Assembly: GCA_963790305.1 (NCBI GenBank)
Contig: CAWBOC010000005.1
Coordinates: 768,001 to 832,000, forward strand
Length of the DNA: 64,000 nt
Direction of reading: 5' to 3'
DNA from: an uncultured Gemmatimonadaceae bacterium
Lineage (GTDB): Bacteria > Gemmatimonadota > Gemmatimonadetes > Gemmatimonadales > Gemmatimonadaceae
This document shows, piece after piece, positions 20,532 through 32,081 of the stretch (its first letter is position 1; the number at the start of each line of letters is the position of its first letter). The notes below the pieces were generated by a model. It was not told the origin of the DNA. It did no database searches and worked only from the letters and a program-made list of their open reading frames with translations. Made by a program: the position numbers and the translations under genes.

Positions 20532-21630
20532 AGATCGAGCCTTCGGCGACGACGCTGTGAACGGCAATGTCACCACCCATCGCGCGCGCCAGCTCGCGGC
20601 TGATGGCCAATCCCAGCCCCATCCCCTTTTGCTTTCTAGCGTCGATCTCGCGATTCACCTGCACGAACGGCTCGAAGATCTGTGACAACAGCTCGGCCGG
20701 AATACCACGTCCGGTGTCGGCAATGGCGATGAGAACGCGCTGACCGTCCGTCGACCAGCGCACCGAGACCTTGCCACCCAATGGTGTGAATTTCGACGCG
20801 TTGCCGAGCAGGTTGAGCAGAATCTGCTGCAGCCGGTCGGGATCCGCGCACACCGCCAGCCCCGCCGGCCCCGGCTCTCGCATGTACGCGATATCGGCGT
20901 TCTGGAACTGCGGTGCGACAATCGCTTCGGCACGCGAGAGCACGCTTTCGATCGTCACGTTCTCGCGCGACACCGTGAGAGCGCCCGCCTCGGCCCTCGC
21001 GAACGTGAGGATGTCGTCCAGCAAACCGAGCAGGAAATGGCTCACTTCCTTGATGCGCCGGAGATCCTGCGCCTGAACGTCGTTGACCTCGCCACGCACG
21101 CCGAGCAGCAGGAGATCCGCGTACCCTGAAATGGCGCCAAGCGGCGTGCGCAAGTCGTGGGACACCATGGAGAGGAAACGCATCTTGGCCGCATTGGCGC
21201 CCTCGGCTGCTTTCTTCGCGAGCAACAGCTCCTGCTCGTACTTCTGGCGCTCGTGAATGCGGAGCATCACGCAATCAATGCGCACCGTCCCGTCCACTTC
21301 GGTGCGAGCCGCATTCGCGAGGACGTGAACCGCGGCTCCGGATTGGGCTCGCAGAGTGAAATAGATCTCCTCGGCGCGTCCGTGCAGCTTGATCAGCGGG
21401 AAGAAATGTGTCTGATAGAAGATGCGGGCCGGGATGGTGAGGATCTTCTCGAATGATTGCCCGACGAGCTCGCGCGCATCGAGGCCGAGCAAATGCCCCA
21501 GCCTCGCGTTGGCGTAGACGATGATGCCGTCGTCGCCGAAGGACACGAAGCTGGCCGGCGCCCGGTCGAGCAGGTCCGACGTGACCGTGTGCGGGACACC
21601 AGCTTCGTCAAGCAGCGCGGGCTTTCCCAC
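20506..21630 (-). CDS. PAS-domain sensor histidine kinase (cytoplasmic)
   Basis: N-terminal PAS (FYQTHFFPL); H-box [28 protein letters not shown]. Confidence 0.9.
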   Translation of the reverse strand: MGKPALLDEAGVPHTVTSDLLDRAPASFVSFGDDGIIVYANARLGHLLGLDARELVGQSFEKILTIPARIFYQTHFFPLIKLHGRAEEIYFTLRAQSGAAVHVLANAARTEVDGTVRIDCVMLRIHERQKYEQELLLAKKAAEGANAAKMRFLSMVSHDLRTPLGAISGYADLLLLGVRGEVNDVQAQDLRRIKEVSHFLLGLLDDILTFARAEAGALTVSRENVTIESVLSRAEAIVAPQFQNADIAYMREPGPAGLAVCADPDRLQQILLNLLGNASKFTPLGGKVSVRWSTDGQRVLIAIADTGRGIPAELLSQIFEPFVQVNREIDARKQKGMGLGLAISRELARAMGGDIAVHSVVAEGSIFTVSLPAA

Positions 21631-22423
21631 TCAGGTATTCCTTCATTTCGCGGATCGTTTCCTCGGGATGGCTCATGTGCGGACAGTGGCCGGTGGCGCT
21701 CATCACGCGCAAGGTACTGAGGGGTAAATGGCGATGGAGGTACTCGCCTACCTCGGGCGGAGCGATGATATCCGCCGAGCACTGAAGGATCAGCGAGGGA
21801 ATGGTGACGTCGACGAGGTCCTGGCGATTGTCGGAGAGGAACGTCACCTCGGCGAATCGACGCGCGATGACCGGGTCGGTCGAACAGAAGCTCTCCGCCA
21901 GCTCACCCGCCAGCTCGGGGCGATCGGGGTTTGCCATGATGGCTGGCGCGAGATAGTTCGCCCACCCAATGTAATTCTTCTCCATCGTCTCGAGAAGCCC
22001 GTCAATGTCGGCGCGGTCGAATCCGCCGACGTAATCGGCATCATTGATGTAGCGCGGTGACGGCCCAATGAGGACGAGCTGTGCGAAGCGATTCGGCTCA
22101 CGCTTGGCCGCGAGCACCGCAACAATGCCACTGACCGAATGGCCGACGACGATCGCATCTCGCAAGTCGAGAGCGCGACACACGTCGAGCAAGTCGTCGG
22201 CATATCCGCCGAGCGTGCCGTATCGCGTACGGTCGTACGCGCGCAGGTCGGAATGGCCTGAGCCGACGTAATCGAACAGCACGATGCGGTAGTCGTTCTC
22301 GAATGCGGGCGTGATGAATCGCCACATGTTCTGATCGCACCCGAAGCCGTGGGCAAAGACCATGGGCTGGCTTCCTCGCCCGAAGACCTTCACGTTGTTG
22401 CGTCGCAGTACATCGACAGCCAT
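21608..22423 (-). CDS. rsbQ: RsbQ/KAI2/D14-family alpha/beta hydrolase
   Basis: [24 protein letters not shown] nucleophile, SPRYIND, GHCPH. Confidence 0.85.
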   Translation of the reverse strand: MAVDVLRRNNVKVFGRGSQPMVFAHGFGCDQNMWRFITPAFENDYRIVLFDYVGSGHSDLRAYDRTRYGTLGGYADDLLDVCRALDLRDAIVVGHSVSGIVAVLAAKREPNRFAQLVLIGPSPRYINDADYVGGFDRADIDGLLETMEKNYIGWANYLAPAIMANPDRPELAGELAESFCSTDPVIARRFAEVTFLSDNRQDLVDVTIPSLILQCSADIIAPPEVGEYLHRHLPLSTLRVMSATGHCPHMSHPEETIREMKEYLSGKARAA

Positions 22424-22589
22424 GTGCACCTTGTTGTGCGGGTCAAGTGTGGGGTTGGTAGAGGAGCATGGACTGGACCACTGGTCGTGCTCCTGGCGCC
22501 CCAGGGGGCAGCCAAGTGCGGTCGAGCCTCTCGCGCGCGGCGTCCCGCCTGTATGTTGGGGCCGTCTCCTCCGGGAGGCGATTCATCGA

Positions 22590-24009
22590 ATGCGGTTCTG
22601 GGCGTTAGTGTGGGTGGTGGTGATGGTTGGCATGGCTGGGGCGCAGGCACCGGACGGCTCGGGCCACCGTGAGCGGGGTGGTCTATGACAGCATTGCGCG
22701 AGCCCCGCTCGCCGGCGCGGTGGTGCAGCTGGTCGCCGCCGAAACCCGCACGCCGGTTCAGCGGCACGGCGCTCTCCGACTCGCTAGGCAGTTTTACGAT
22801 CGGCGACGTCCCCGCCGGGCGATACATGCTGGGGTTCTTGCACCCGCATGCTCGACTCGCTCGGCATGGAGCCGCGTGCTGCGTGAGGTGAACATTGTCG
22901 GGCTCGTTCCGGTGCGCGCCGATCTCGCCATCCCGTCGCCAGCTCGCCTACGCGCCGCGATCTGCGGTCCACGATCGGTCGCGGATTCCGGAGCAATGGT
23001 CATCGGTCTGGTTCGCGATGCGCGGGACCACGCCGCGGCCGCCAAAGTTGGGGTGACCGGCATGTGGGTCGAGTTTGCCCTCACGGGCGGTCGACTCGAG
23101 CGTCGAGATGCCCACGGCTCGTCGCCACGACGGCAGCGAACGGCTGGTTTGCCATGTGCAACTTACCTGGTGCGGGGACGATTGCGCTCATGGCGAGTCG
23201 TGGCGCGGACAGCACGGACTTGATCGAGGTGGAAGTGCCGCCGGAGCGGTTGTTGAGACGCGACCTGTACATTGGGCCCGCGCGCATCGTCGGCGACACG
23301 CAGCCAACCGACACGATCGCACGAGTCGGTCGTCGGCGTGTCGGAGACGGGCGTCTCTCCGGCGTCGTCGTCACCGCCATCGGTGGCAGACCGCTTGCGG
23401 AAGCGCAGGTGAGGATTCGCGACGGGCCGGAGACACGCGCAAACGAGCGGGGTGAATGGACACTCGCCGGCGCGCCGATCGGAACGCGGATGCTCGAGGT
23501 TCGGGCGGTCGGCTATTACCCGGAGTATCGACCGGTGGATGTCGTGACAGGAGCAGCGCCGGTCCGCAGTGCGCTTTCCACAGATGAAAGCGGTGCTCGA
23601 CACGGTGCGGGTCATGGCGGAGCGCATGAGCAACCGGAACATGGTCGAGTTCAACGAGCGGCGGCGTGGCGGTCTCGGCCGATACCTGACAGCCGAGGAC
23701 GTCGAGCGCCGGCAGCCGATCGTCACGTCGGATCTCTTCCGTAACATGGCGGGCCTTCGACTCGAGCGGAGCGACATCGGCGACACCCAGCTGCTGATGC
23801 GCGGCACCTTCGAGGAAACGTGCGTGCCAAGCGTGTACATCGATGGGCGCTTCATGAGGGATCTCAGCGCCGACGACATCGACAGCTGGGTGAAGCCCCG
23901 CGAGATCGCGGGCATGGAGATTTACGTGGGGCCTCACGTGCCTGCGCAATTCAACACGGGCCTCGCCGGCGGTAGGTGCTGCCGGTGGGCAGAGCTGCGG
24001 CGCATGTGA
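22590..24009 (+). CDS. secreted carboxypeptidase-regulatory-like domain protein with C-terminal plug-like region (multiple frameshifts)
   Basis: Signal peptide; VSGVVYDS...PLAGAVV and LSGVV...GRPL..AQV domains; C.P.VYIDG...IAGMEIY. Confidence 0.65.
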
Positions 24010-24025
24010 TCTGGTCGAAAGCCAC

Positions 24026-24554
24026 CTACGGGCGATCACCCGCCAGTTGACGCCCCGACTGGACCTCGATCCATCGGCCGTTGGCAAGGACAACCGACGT
24101 CTCGATCTGCCGCGCGGGGATCGACCAGTAGGTGCGGAGCAGGCGATCCTTGTCGTCGCTCGCGACGACGGTGAATCCATTTCGACGATAGAACTCGATC
24201 GCCCACGAAGCGGCCGCCCACGTCCCGATCAGAAGCGGCTTGTCGACGAGGCTCTCCACGTATCGCAGCAGGTGCGTTCCGACGCCGCTGCGCTGAGTGG
24301 TCGGTGCGACGTATGCGTGGCGGATCAAGGCGACATCGCCCTTGTCCTGGACCCCCATGACGCCTAACAAGCGTCCGTCTTGCTCCGCGACCCAGAAGAC
24401 GACGCCCGCAGCCATCTCGTCGCATCAGCTCATCGGGCGACATGTAGGGCTCGTGCCACCGGTCGGCCGGTATCACTCCGCGGTAGGCATGCGCCGCGTC
24501 GTTGATGATCGCCAGAATCGCGGAGAAGTCGGCTTCTTCGCCTTGTCGAATCAC
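24026..24554 (-). CDS. GNAT family N-acetyltransferase (frameshift near 24420)
   Basis: AYRGVIPADRWHEPYM, QRSGVG and FYRRNGF motifs. Confidence 0.8.
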
Positions 24555-24567
24555 TATCTCGTACTGT

Positions 24568-24861
24568 CTAGTGCGGGGTGATCACCCGCTCCTGCCGCCC
24601 GGGTAGATTCGCCGCCGCCCCACGCTCGGCCATCAGCTTCGCGATGAAGCGATTCGCTTCCGACATGCGCTCTACTTCGAGGGCCGTCGATTCGACCGTC
24701 GCCTCAATGCGCTCGAGGCGCTCCTGCAGCGCTTCGAGCGCGATGGGAACGCGTCGTTCGTGCCTGAGCTCGAGAAGCCGGCGGAGGAACCGCAGGGAGC
24801 TGACGAAGGCGATCGTGCCGAACAAGAGCATCCAGACCTGAAGGAACACGCTGTCAGACAT
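24568..24861 (-). CDS. small single-TM coiled-coil hypothetical protein
   Basis: N-terminal TM followed by RLERIEATVESTALEVERMSEANRF. Confidence 0.65.
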   Translation of the reverse strand: MSDSVFLQVWMLLFGTIAFVSSLRFLRRLLELRHERRVPIALEALQERLERIEATVESTALEVERMSEANRFIAKLMAERGAAANLPGRQERVITPH

Positions 24862-24951
24862 GCGGGTCTCCGCGAAGATGGCGATGAGCGTCCCTGTCAC
24901 CACTCGTACGCGACGACGGGCGTGAAGTTTCGGGGAGGGGGGGGGGTCGAC

Positions 24952-25630
24952 CTAACGCTTTAACGGTGGGACCGATGACGAAGGCAACACCGGGAGCGCG
25001 CGCCGCGACGAGCGGCGCAAGCGTGCCACCCTGGCTATGGCCATGCAGCCGATGCGTCGAGCGTCGATGCGTGGCTCACTACGCAGTCGCGCAACCGCGG
25101 CGGCGCCGTCGGCAGCGAGGTCCTCGAGCGCGGCCCTGCGCCAGTCTCCAGTCGAACCGCCGACGCCACGCTGTCGAAGATCAACGCCGCGAGCCGCGAC
25201 GCGAGCTGAGCCGCGAGAAAGCGTGACGCCCACCGGCCCCGCACCGGAGCCGTGCAGGAACACGACGGCCGGAACCGAGCTCCCTGTTCGGGGAAGAACG
25301 AGGGTGCCCGCCAGCGTCACGGGGCCGTGGCGACAGCGACGTCGCGCTCCTCGAACGTCGAGCCTCGGGTCGACGTGCGGGAAAGGCGAATCGCCCACCC
25401 GGTGCTCTCCTTCAGCGCGCCCGTAGGGAATCACCCGAGCCTGCCGGTGATACGGCCGCGTCCGGTCACCGCGGAGCGCCACGCACGTCGCAGCAACCGC
25501 GGAGCTGCACGTCGTTGAACGGAATCCCACTGACCCGCAAACGATCGGCGCCGAACGTGGCGGCATGGCGGCCAGTGCTCGCGTCGTACTTCACGTCGAG
25601 CGTGACGAGCAGGAGCGGCTAACAGCAACC
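24952..25630 (-). pseudogene. fragmented, C-terminally truncated alpha/beta hydrolase
   Basis: LAGTLVLP...VVFLHGSG, RGVGGSTGD and GHSQGG lie in different frames. Homology stops about 20 codons after the nucleophile, next to a G-run at 24932-24946. Confidence 0.6.
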
Positions 25631-25661
25631 ATGCCAGCTGGGGGGCCGCATTGGCTCCCTG

Positions 25662-26618
25662 CTAAAGGGCCTTCCGAGCGAGCTCGTGCGCCGTCGTCAG
25701 CGCGGCGTCGGCTGCAACCGAGACATCGGGCTTCACGCCTACGCGCTCCCAGTTGGTCTTCGTGACTGGATTGATGGCACGGCCCGTGGGGACGAAGATG
25801 GTCAGCCCGTGCGGCAGCGGCGCTGGCCCGCCGGGATTTGCTCCGCCCCCCGTCGTCTCGCCGACGATCGTAGCGCGCTTTCGCGTCTGCAGGTTGTACG
25901 CGAACTCCTCAGCGCCGGAGAACGTTCGCGCGCTGGTCAGCACGTAGACCGGCTTGTCCGGGCCAAATTTCCTCCCCTCGACGCGCGGGTCCGTGTAGAA
26001 GTGGTCGGTGCGGTCGGCGGGTCGGAAGTAGAGCGAGTTGAGGTGCACCGGCTCCTCGCCGAACAGGTAGCTCGTGACGAGAGCGACCATGTGAGGCGAG
26101 CCGCCGCCGTTCGCTCGAATATCCACGATCAACGCCTTCGCATTCGCCGCCGCGCTCATGATGTTGGCGGTCTCCTCGCGCACGGCGTCGGGCGGGAATC
26201 CAAAGCTCAGGATCTCGATGTAGGCGACATCGCCTTCGAGGCGCTCGGCGCGGCCGAAGGCAGATCCCTCTCGCCGCGAAGGGCCAGTGGGACCATCCGG
26301 ACGGCCTTGGGCGCCGACCCGCACCCGCAGGTGCTTATCGTGGCTGATGGCCTGAAGCTGCCGCGTCAGCATTTCGGCGAAAGACGCGGGGTCAGTCACC
26401 GTGTCGTACTCGGCGCGGCCGGCTCGTGCACGCAGGTCCGTGTTCATCTGTGCCGCGACGTCGGGGAAGACGTAGCGACGGTCGAGCAGACTCGCGATCG
26501 CTTCGAGGATTGTCGCGCGCTTCTCCGCGTTCAACGTCGCACCACCCTGCTGCGCGGCGGCGCCGGTCGTCGCGGCGAATAAAAGGACAAGCGCAGAAAT
26601 GAGTGCTCGACATGCCAT
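25662..26618 (-). CDS. S41 family peptidase (IRBP/tricorn-like)
   Basis: DKHL, DIRANGGG, TFSGAEEF, GETTGGGA, GVKPD; signal peptide. Confidence 0.9.
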   Translation of the reverse strand: MACRALISALVLLFAATTGAAAQQGGATLNAEKRATILEAIASLLDRRYVFPDVAAQMNTDLRARAGRAEYDTVTDPASFAEMLTRQLQAISHDKHLRVRVGAQGRPDGPTGPSRREGSAFGRAERLEGDVAYIEILSFGFPPDAVREETANIMSAAANAKALIVDIRANGGGSPHMVALVTSYLFGEEPVHLNSLYFRPADRTDHFYTDPRVEGRKFGPDKPVYVLTSARTFSGAEEFAYNLQTRKRATIVGETTGGGANPGGPAPLPHGLTIFVPTGRAINPVTKTNWERVGVKPDVSVAADAALTTAHELARKAL

Positions 26619-26711
26619 TGGCGACGATCTCCATGGGACAGTTCGGATTGGCGTTGTGCCATAGTAATTGGATGCACGACCCGCCGCGGAAGGTTGCAGG
26701 ACAGGTCCAAA

Positions 26712-27995
26712 TCACGGCACACTCGTGGCGCCATCTGGACCCGTATCGGCCTCTCCGCTCCCTCGCGGGACGAAGAGCACGGTCACGAACGCGAGCGCCG
26801 TGTAGCCCGCCATGAGAAGAAAGAGAGCACGGTAGCCGTCGAAAAGATCGAAGATGCGTCCGTTCAGCGGATCGCCGATCGCGCCGCCAAGCGCCATGCA
26901 GAGCAGGAAGAGCGACGCGAGGACGCCTCGACAATGTCGCGGGACGGGCTCGACGAAGAGCGGATATGCGTTCACCATCGGGAACGTCCAACTGGCGGAC
27001 GCCAGCGCCAGCAGCGGGACGGCCTGCGTGATGCGCGTGACGCGGTCGAGCGCGAGCAGACAGACGGCCATCAACACGAAGCCGACGAGCATGGCGCTGC
27101 GCCGTCCGATACGGACGCCGATCACACCGGCTGGCAGGGCGCCGATCACACCACCGACGGCCCATGCGATGAAGCCGATGGTGACGTCCTCCGGCCGAAC
27201 GCCGAAGCGCTCGGTGCCGTGCAGCGCGAACCACGTCGTGAAGGTCTGGAAGGTGAGCTGCAGCAGAAGCGCAGCGAGAAAGATCGGCCGCATCCCGGGC
27301 CATGCGCCGCGAACGGCCGACCACACCGCCTCGGCGAGCGAATGAAACGTCACGTCCGCCGAGCGCGAATTCGAAGACGCCCGTTCGCGTACCCCAAGTG
27401 CGAACAGAATGCCGATGCCGAGAATGGTGGCGGCGGCGACCAGGAACGCCGTACGCATGCCGAGCATCCGGCCCAGCATGAGAAATACAATGGCACCGAC
27501 GCACATCTGAAACGTGACGGAGCCGGTCGCCAACGAGCGATACCGGGACGGCACGAGATCGGCGACGAGCGCCTGAAACGGTGGGCGCTGCAGATTGATC
27601 CCGGTGTGCAGAAGGACGAGTGCACCGATCAGGACGGGAAGGCCTAACGCGGCAGACGCGGGCAGCACGGCCATCCCGAGCGCCGAGAGCAGGAAGGCGA
27701 TGAGGACGAGCGGCAACCGTCCACGTCCGCGCGCGGCCGCGCGATCGGAGGCGGGGCCTGCCAACGGCACGAGGAGGAGCAGGAGCACGTTGTCGATGGC
27801 CATGATCGCGCCGATCAGGGTGCGCTGGTCGCCGAGCGCGTCGCGGACGAGTGGGGGAATGAACGTGCTGAGCAGCGGTCCGGTGACACCGAAGAACAGG
27901 CCGCCGAGGCCGATGAGGGCGAGTGCGCCGTAGGGCGCGCGCGCAGTTCGACGAACGCCTATCGCCTGTGCGGTCGGGGCATCAAGTCCAGTCAT
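26712..27995 (-). CDS. MFS transporter
   Basis: 12 TM; GPASDR...GR and G.RIGRR loop motifs. Confidence 0.85.
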   Translation of the reverse strand: MTGLDAPTAQAIGVRRTARAPYGALALIGLGGLFFGVTGPLLSTFIPPLVRDALGDQRTLIGAIMAIDNVLLLLLVPLAGPASDRAAARGRGRLPLVLIAFLLSALGMAVLPASAALGLPVLIGALVLLHTGINLQRPPFQALVADLVPSRYRSLATGSVTFQMCVGAIVFLMLGRMLGMRTAFLVAAATILGIGILFALGVRERASSNSRSADVTFHSLAEAVWSAVRGAWPGMRPIFLAALLLQLTFQTFTTWFALHGTERFGVRPEDVTIGFIAWAVGGVIGALPAGVIGVRIGRRSAMLVGFVLMAVCLLALDRVTRITQAVPLLALASASWTFPMVNAYPLFVEPVPRHCRGVLASLFLLCMALGGAIGDPLNGRIFDLFDGYRALFLLMAGYTALAFVTVLFVPRGSGEADTGPDGATSVP

Positions 27996-28039
27996 CTATC
28001 TTTTCGCTCTTGTTACTTCAGGAAGGCCCTCATCGGCCG

Positions 28040-29471
28040 CTATTGTGCGTACCGGAGGATGTCGTACACGTACTTCACTCCGAACCCAATGTTCTCCACG
28101 CTCACGCGCTCGTCATTCCCGTGCACGCCACGCTGGCTGTCCGCGGACTCCACCTTGAACGGATCCAGCCCGTACGTGATGATGCCTAACTTCCGATACG
28201 TCGGCCGGTCGGTCGCGCCCGTCAGCATGTAGGTCGTCACCAGCGCGCTGGGATCGCGCTCCCGGGACGCGCGCTCGATCGCCCGGAACAGCTCCGTGTC
28301 GACCGGATTCTCCAGCGGCGTCTTCGGCGCCAGCAGCGTCTGCCAGTGCACCGAGGTGTCGTTCACCACCGCCTTCAGCACCCGCAGCACCGAATCGGGA
28401 TTCTGATCGGGCAGGAGCCGAATGTCGACGTCCGCCGTCGCCTCGGCCGGAATCACGTTCGTCTTGTTCGACCCCTGTATCACCGTCAGCGAGATCGTGT
28501 TGCGCAGGATCGCGTTCCAGTACACGTCATTCAGCAGCCATGCGCGGGCACGCGGAATCGTGATCGCTCGCCGCACGTTGGCCAGCCAGGTTCGCTGCTC
28601 GCCGGTGTATGCGCGGGAGATGTCGCGAAAGTACTTGTCGACCCCTGGCGTGACGTGCAGCGGCGTTTCGTACGTCCCGAGCTTGTTGAGCGCGCGGATG
28701 AGCTTGGGCACGGGATTGTGCTTCGTCGGCCGCGAGCCATGCGATGGAATGCCACGGACCGTTAGGCGTTGCCAGAAGGTGCGCTTCTCCGCCACGCTCA
28801 CGCCGTAGTACTGGAGCTTCCCATCGACGATCGGGTTGTCACCGCCTTCGGTGATGACGTACTCCACGTCGCGCAGCAGGTCCGGATGATTGTCGACGAA
28901 GGCGATCGCGCCCGTGGAGCCGAGCTCTTCATCCGGGTTCGCGATGAAGACAATGTCGCGCGTGAGCGGCACGCCGCTGCGCTTGAGCGCAATCATCGCC
29001 ATGAGAATGCGCGATTCCCTCGCCCTTCATGTCGAGCGCGCCACGCCCGTACAGGAAACCATCCTTGATCTCGCCGCTGTACGGGGGGACGGTCCAATAG
29101 CGCTCGTCGGCCGGAACGACGTCGATGTGATGCACCAGCGCGATCGCCTTCTTTCCGCCGGTTCCCTTGAGGCGGGTGTACAGATTGGGGCGACGGGGGC
29201 CAAGCGAGTTGGCAGCCGTGTCGAAGAGCTGAACCTCGAACCCTTCCCGCTCGAGGATCGCCTTGAGAAAGAGCGCGCCCTCGACCTCGTTTCCCGGCGG
29301 ATTGGCGGTATTCAGCTTCATGTAGTCAGCCAGGATGCGCACCGTCTCGTCGCGGATCGTGTTCCAGTCGACGGGACGCACGGGCTCGGGGGCTGCCGCC
29401 TGCGCGAGCGGGGCGGAGCCGGGGGCGAGCACGAAAAGAAGCGCAGTAAGCGCGCGAATGAGCCGGTTCAT
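28040..29471 (-). CDS. secreted M20/M25/M40 metallopeptidase (frameshift near 29005)
   Basis: HIDVVP, GRGALDMKG, DEE, EGG and HGNDE motifs; signal peptide. Confidence 0.88.
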
Positions 29472-29609
29472 GGGTCCAGGTGTCCAGGAGGGGGAGATTT
29501 CGCTTGGAATCGACTGGGAGGGGTGAACCAATGCAAGGGAAGGGGACTCGTGAAACCGGTCCTGGGGGAGGGGCGTAGGCTCCCATAGCCCTCTCTTCAG
29601 TCGGTCACC

Positions 29610-31949
29610 ATGCTTCACGCCCTCCCGTTCGCTCTCGCGGCTGCGCTCAGCTTCCAGCAGGTCGAGACGCAGACCGCCTCATCCCGCGACTCCGCGGAAG
29701 CGGTGCGCGATTCCGTTCGCCAGGTTCGGCGCGAGCGACGCAAGCAGGAAGGGTCGAGCGTCCTTCGCGCCCGCAAGTCGCGGATCCCGCTCACCGCGGA
29801 GCTGCTCGCCAACGCGTATCGCGACGCGAGCGCTCGCGACATTGTCTCGCGCGCGCGCTTTGCGCGGCTGGAGCAGGACTCGTCGCTCATCGCCTACGAC
29901 GCGCGCACGCTCCAGCGCATCTCCGCCAAGCTCGGCCTCCGTGCCATGGGCCGCGAGCGCCTCGTCTTCCGCACCGAGAGCGCCACGCGCGTTCGCTGGC
30001 ATCGCGAGAGCGGCGCGTGGATCGATGTCGAAGGGACGCGCACCGCGATTCCCGTCGCATTCCCGGGTGCGAAGGCCATGGCGGGGATGCTCGAGATGAG
30101 TCCCGTTCCCTACTTCCCTGGACGCGAAGGGCTGTTGCGATTCACGGGCATGGAGAACGTGACCGACGATGAGGGGCTGTTCGTCCACCCGCTCGCCGAG
30201 GGCGCCGAGTCGTACTACCGCTACGAGACTGGCGACACCATCTCGTACTCTCTGCCCGGCGGTCGAACCATTCGCATCGTCGAGATCAACGTCCGCGCGC
30301 GCGAGCCCGCCTTCGACCTGATTCTCGGCTCTCTCTGGTTCGACATCGGCACCTCGCAGATCGTGCGCGCCGCGTATCGGCCCGCGGCTCCTTTCGACAT
30401 CAAGCGGTTCGTGGAAGAAGAGGAAGGGAAAGAGGAGTTCGACGATGTCCCGCGCGCGATCCGTCCGCTGATCTTCCCGATGGTCGCCACCCTCGAGGCG
30501 TTCACCATCGAGTACGGATTGCATCAGGGGCGCTGGTGGCTGCCGCGACTTCAGTCGGTCACCGGCCGTGTGCAGGTGGGCGTGATGCGCTCCCCGTTCG
30601 AAATCCTCGAAACGTTCAGCTACGCCAGCGTCAATGGCGCCGAGCGAATGCCGCTCGTCGTGGTCGATACGATGGAGCCGCGCCCGAAGACCGACGTCCA
30701 GATCAACGTCGGCCCCGGAGAGAAGCACGATCACGTCGACAACGGCTTTGGTGACTGTGCCCCAGGTGATACGCTCACGCGCACCGAGCTGCGCTACAAC
30801 AAGACGGTGCCGGTCGCCATTCGCATCCCGTGCGATACGGTGGCCCTCGCGGCATCGCCAGCGCTCCCTCGTTCGATCTTCGATCCTTCGGATGAGCTAT
30901 TCGGCGCGAACGAGCGCAAGGAGCTCGAGGGCGAGCTCACCTGGGATCTGCAGCCCGAATGGTCACCGCGTGAAATCGGCTTCAGCATCCTCGAGCGTGG
31001 AATGCTGCGGTACAACCGCGTCGAGGGATTGTCCGCCGGCGGATCCATCTCGCAGGAGCTGGGCGCTGGAATGTCGTGGCAGGCGACTGGGCGCATCGGG
31101 CACGCTGATCTCGAGCCGAACGCCGACCTTCGCATCACGCGCGGGGACGCGGTCCGCGGCATCTCGCTCGGCGCCTATCGACGCCTGGCGGTGGTCGACG
31201 ACTGGGGCGCCCCGTTAGGCCTCGGCAACTCCGTCAACGCGCTGCTCTTTGGCCGCGACGAAGGCTTCTATTACCGCACCGCCGGACTCGAGCTCACCGG
31301 TGTGAACGGCCCGTTCGAGTGGCGGCTCTTCGGCGAGCGACAGCGCAACGCCCCGGTGGAGACGCAATTCTCGCTGCCGCACGCGATCAACGGTCTGCGC
31401 TTTCGCGAGAATGTCGTCGCGACGCGGGCCGACCTCGCCGGCGCGAGTGTGCGCGTTCCCTTCTCGTTCGGGCTCGATCCCCAGGCGCTGCGCCTCAGCG
31501 GCGCTGTGCGCGTCGAGGGCGCCACGGGTGATCTGGAGTTTGGGCGCGGCGCGGTGGACCTGACAATGACGCGTGCACTGCCCGGGCGCCTGGCGGGCGC
31601 GCTCACGATGAGCGGAGGGACGACGGCTGGCGACGTGCCCCCGCAGCGGCTCTGGTACCTCGGCGGCACGCACACGGTGCGGGGGCACTCGATCGGAACG
31701 AGCGCAGGCGACGCCTTCTGGCTCGGCCGCGCCGAGGTGTCGACCGATCGCCTGACCTTCCGCCCGGTGGTCTTTTTCGATGCGGGATGGGCTGGCTCGC
31801 GCGACGACTGGGCCCACCCCGGCAAGCCGATGCTCGGCGCCGGACTCGGCTGGTCGGTCCTCGAGGGTCTGGTTCGATTCGACTTGGCGAAGGGGATCAG
31901 GCCGAATAGAGGGCTGAGGGCGTCGTTCTATCTGGACGCCAATTTCTAA
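29610..31949 (+). CDS. large exported protein with probable C-terminal outer-membrane beta-barrel
   Basis: Signal peptide; RYNRVEG; LGG..TVRG (Omp85-like); amphipathic strands ending in Phe (YLDANF). Confidence 0.6.
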   Translation: MLHALPFALAAALSFQQVETQTASSRDSAEAVRDSVRQVRRERRKQEGSSVLRARKSRIPLTAELLANAYRDASARDIVSRARFARLEQDSSLIAYDARTLQRISAKLGLRAMGRERLVFRTESATRVRWHRESGAWIDVEGTRTAIPVAFPGAKAMAGMLEMSPVPYFPGREGLLRFTGMENVTDDEGLFVHPLAEGAESYYRYETGDTISYSLPGGRTIRIVEINVRAREPAFDLILGSLWFDIGTSQIVRAAYRPAAPFDIKRFVEEEEGKEEFDDVPRAIRPLIFPMVATLEAFTIEYGLHQGRWWLPRLQSVTGRVQVGVMRSPFEILETFSYASVNGAERMPLVVVDTMEPRPKTDVQINVGPGEKHDHVDNGFGDCAPGDTLTRTELRYNKTVPVAIRIPCDTVALAASPALPRSIFDPSDELFGANERKELEGELTWDLQPEWSPREIGFSILERGMLRYNRVEGLSAGGSISQELGAGMSWQATGRIGHADLEPNADLRITRGDAVRGISLGAYRRLAVVDDWGAPLGLGNSVNALLFGRDEGFYYRTAGLELTGVNGPFEWRLFGERQRNAPVETQFSLPHAINGLRFRENVVATRADLAGASVRVPFSFGLDPQALRLSGAVRVEGATGDLEFGRGAVDLTMTRALPGRLAGALTMSGGTTAGDVPPQRLWYLGGTHTVRGHSIGTSAGDAFWLGRAEVSTDRLTFRPVVFFDAGWAGSRDDWAHPGKPMLGAGLGWSVLEGLVRFDLAKGIRPNRGLRASFYLDANF

Positions 31950-32034
31950 GGGTGTCGAGGTCGTCGAGGTAGTCCAGGTGATCGAGGTGAAGTCGCCTCG
32001 ATCACCTCGACATCCTTGACGACCTCGACAACCT
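31950..32034. repeat. palindromic repeat, family A
   Basis: GTCGAGGTCGTCGAGGTAGTCCAGGTGATCGAGGTG ... CGCCTCGATCACCTCGACATCCTTGACGACCTCGAC. Confidence 0.8.
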
Positions 32035-32081
32035 TTCGCGAAGAACACACCTTGAGCACTTCCAGAAATCCCGAGGCGTTC

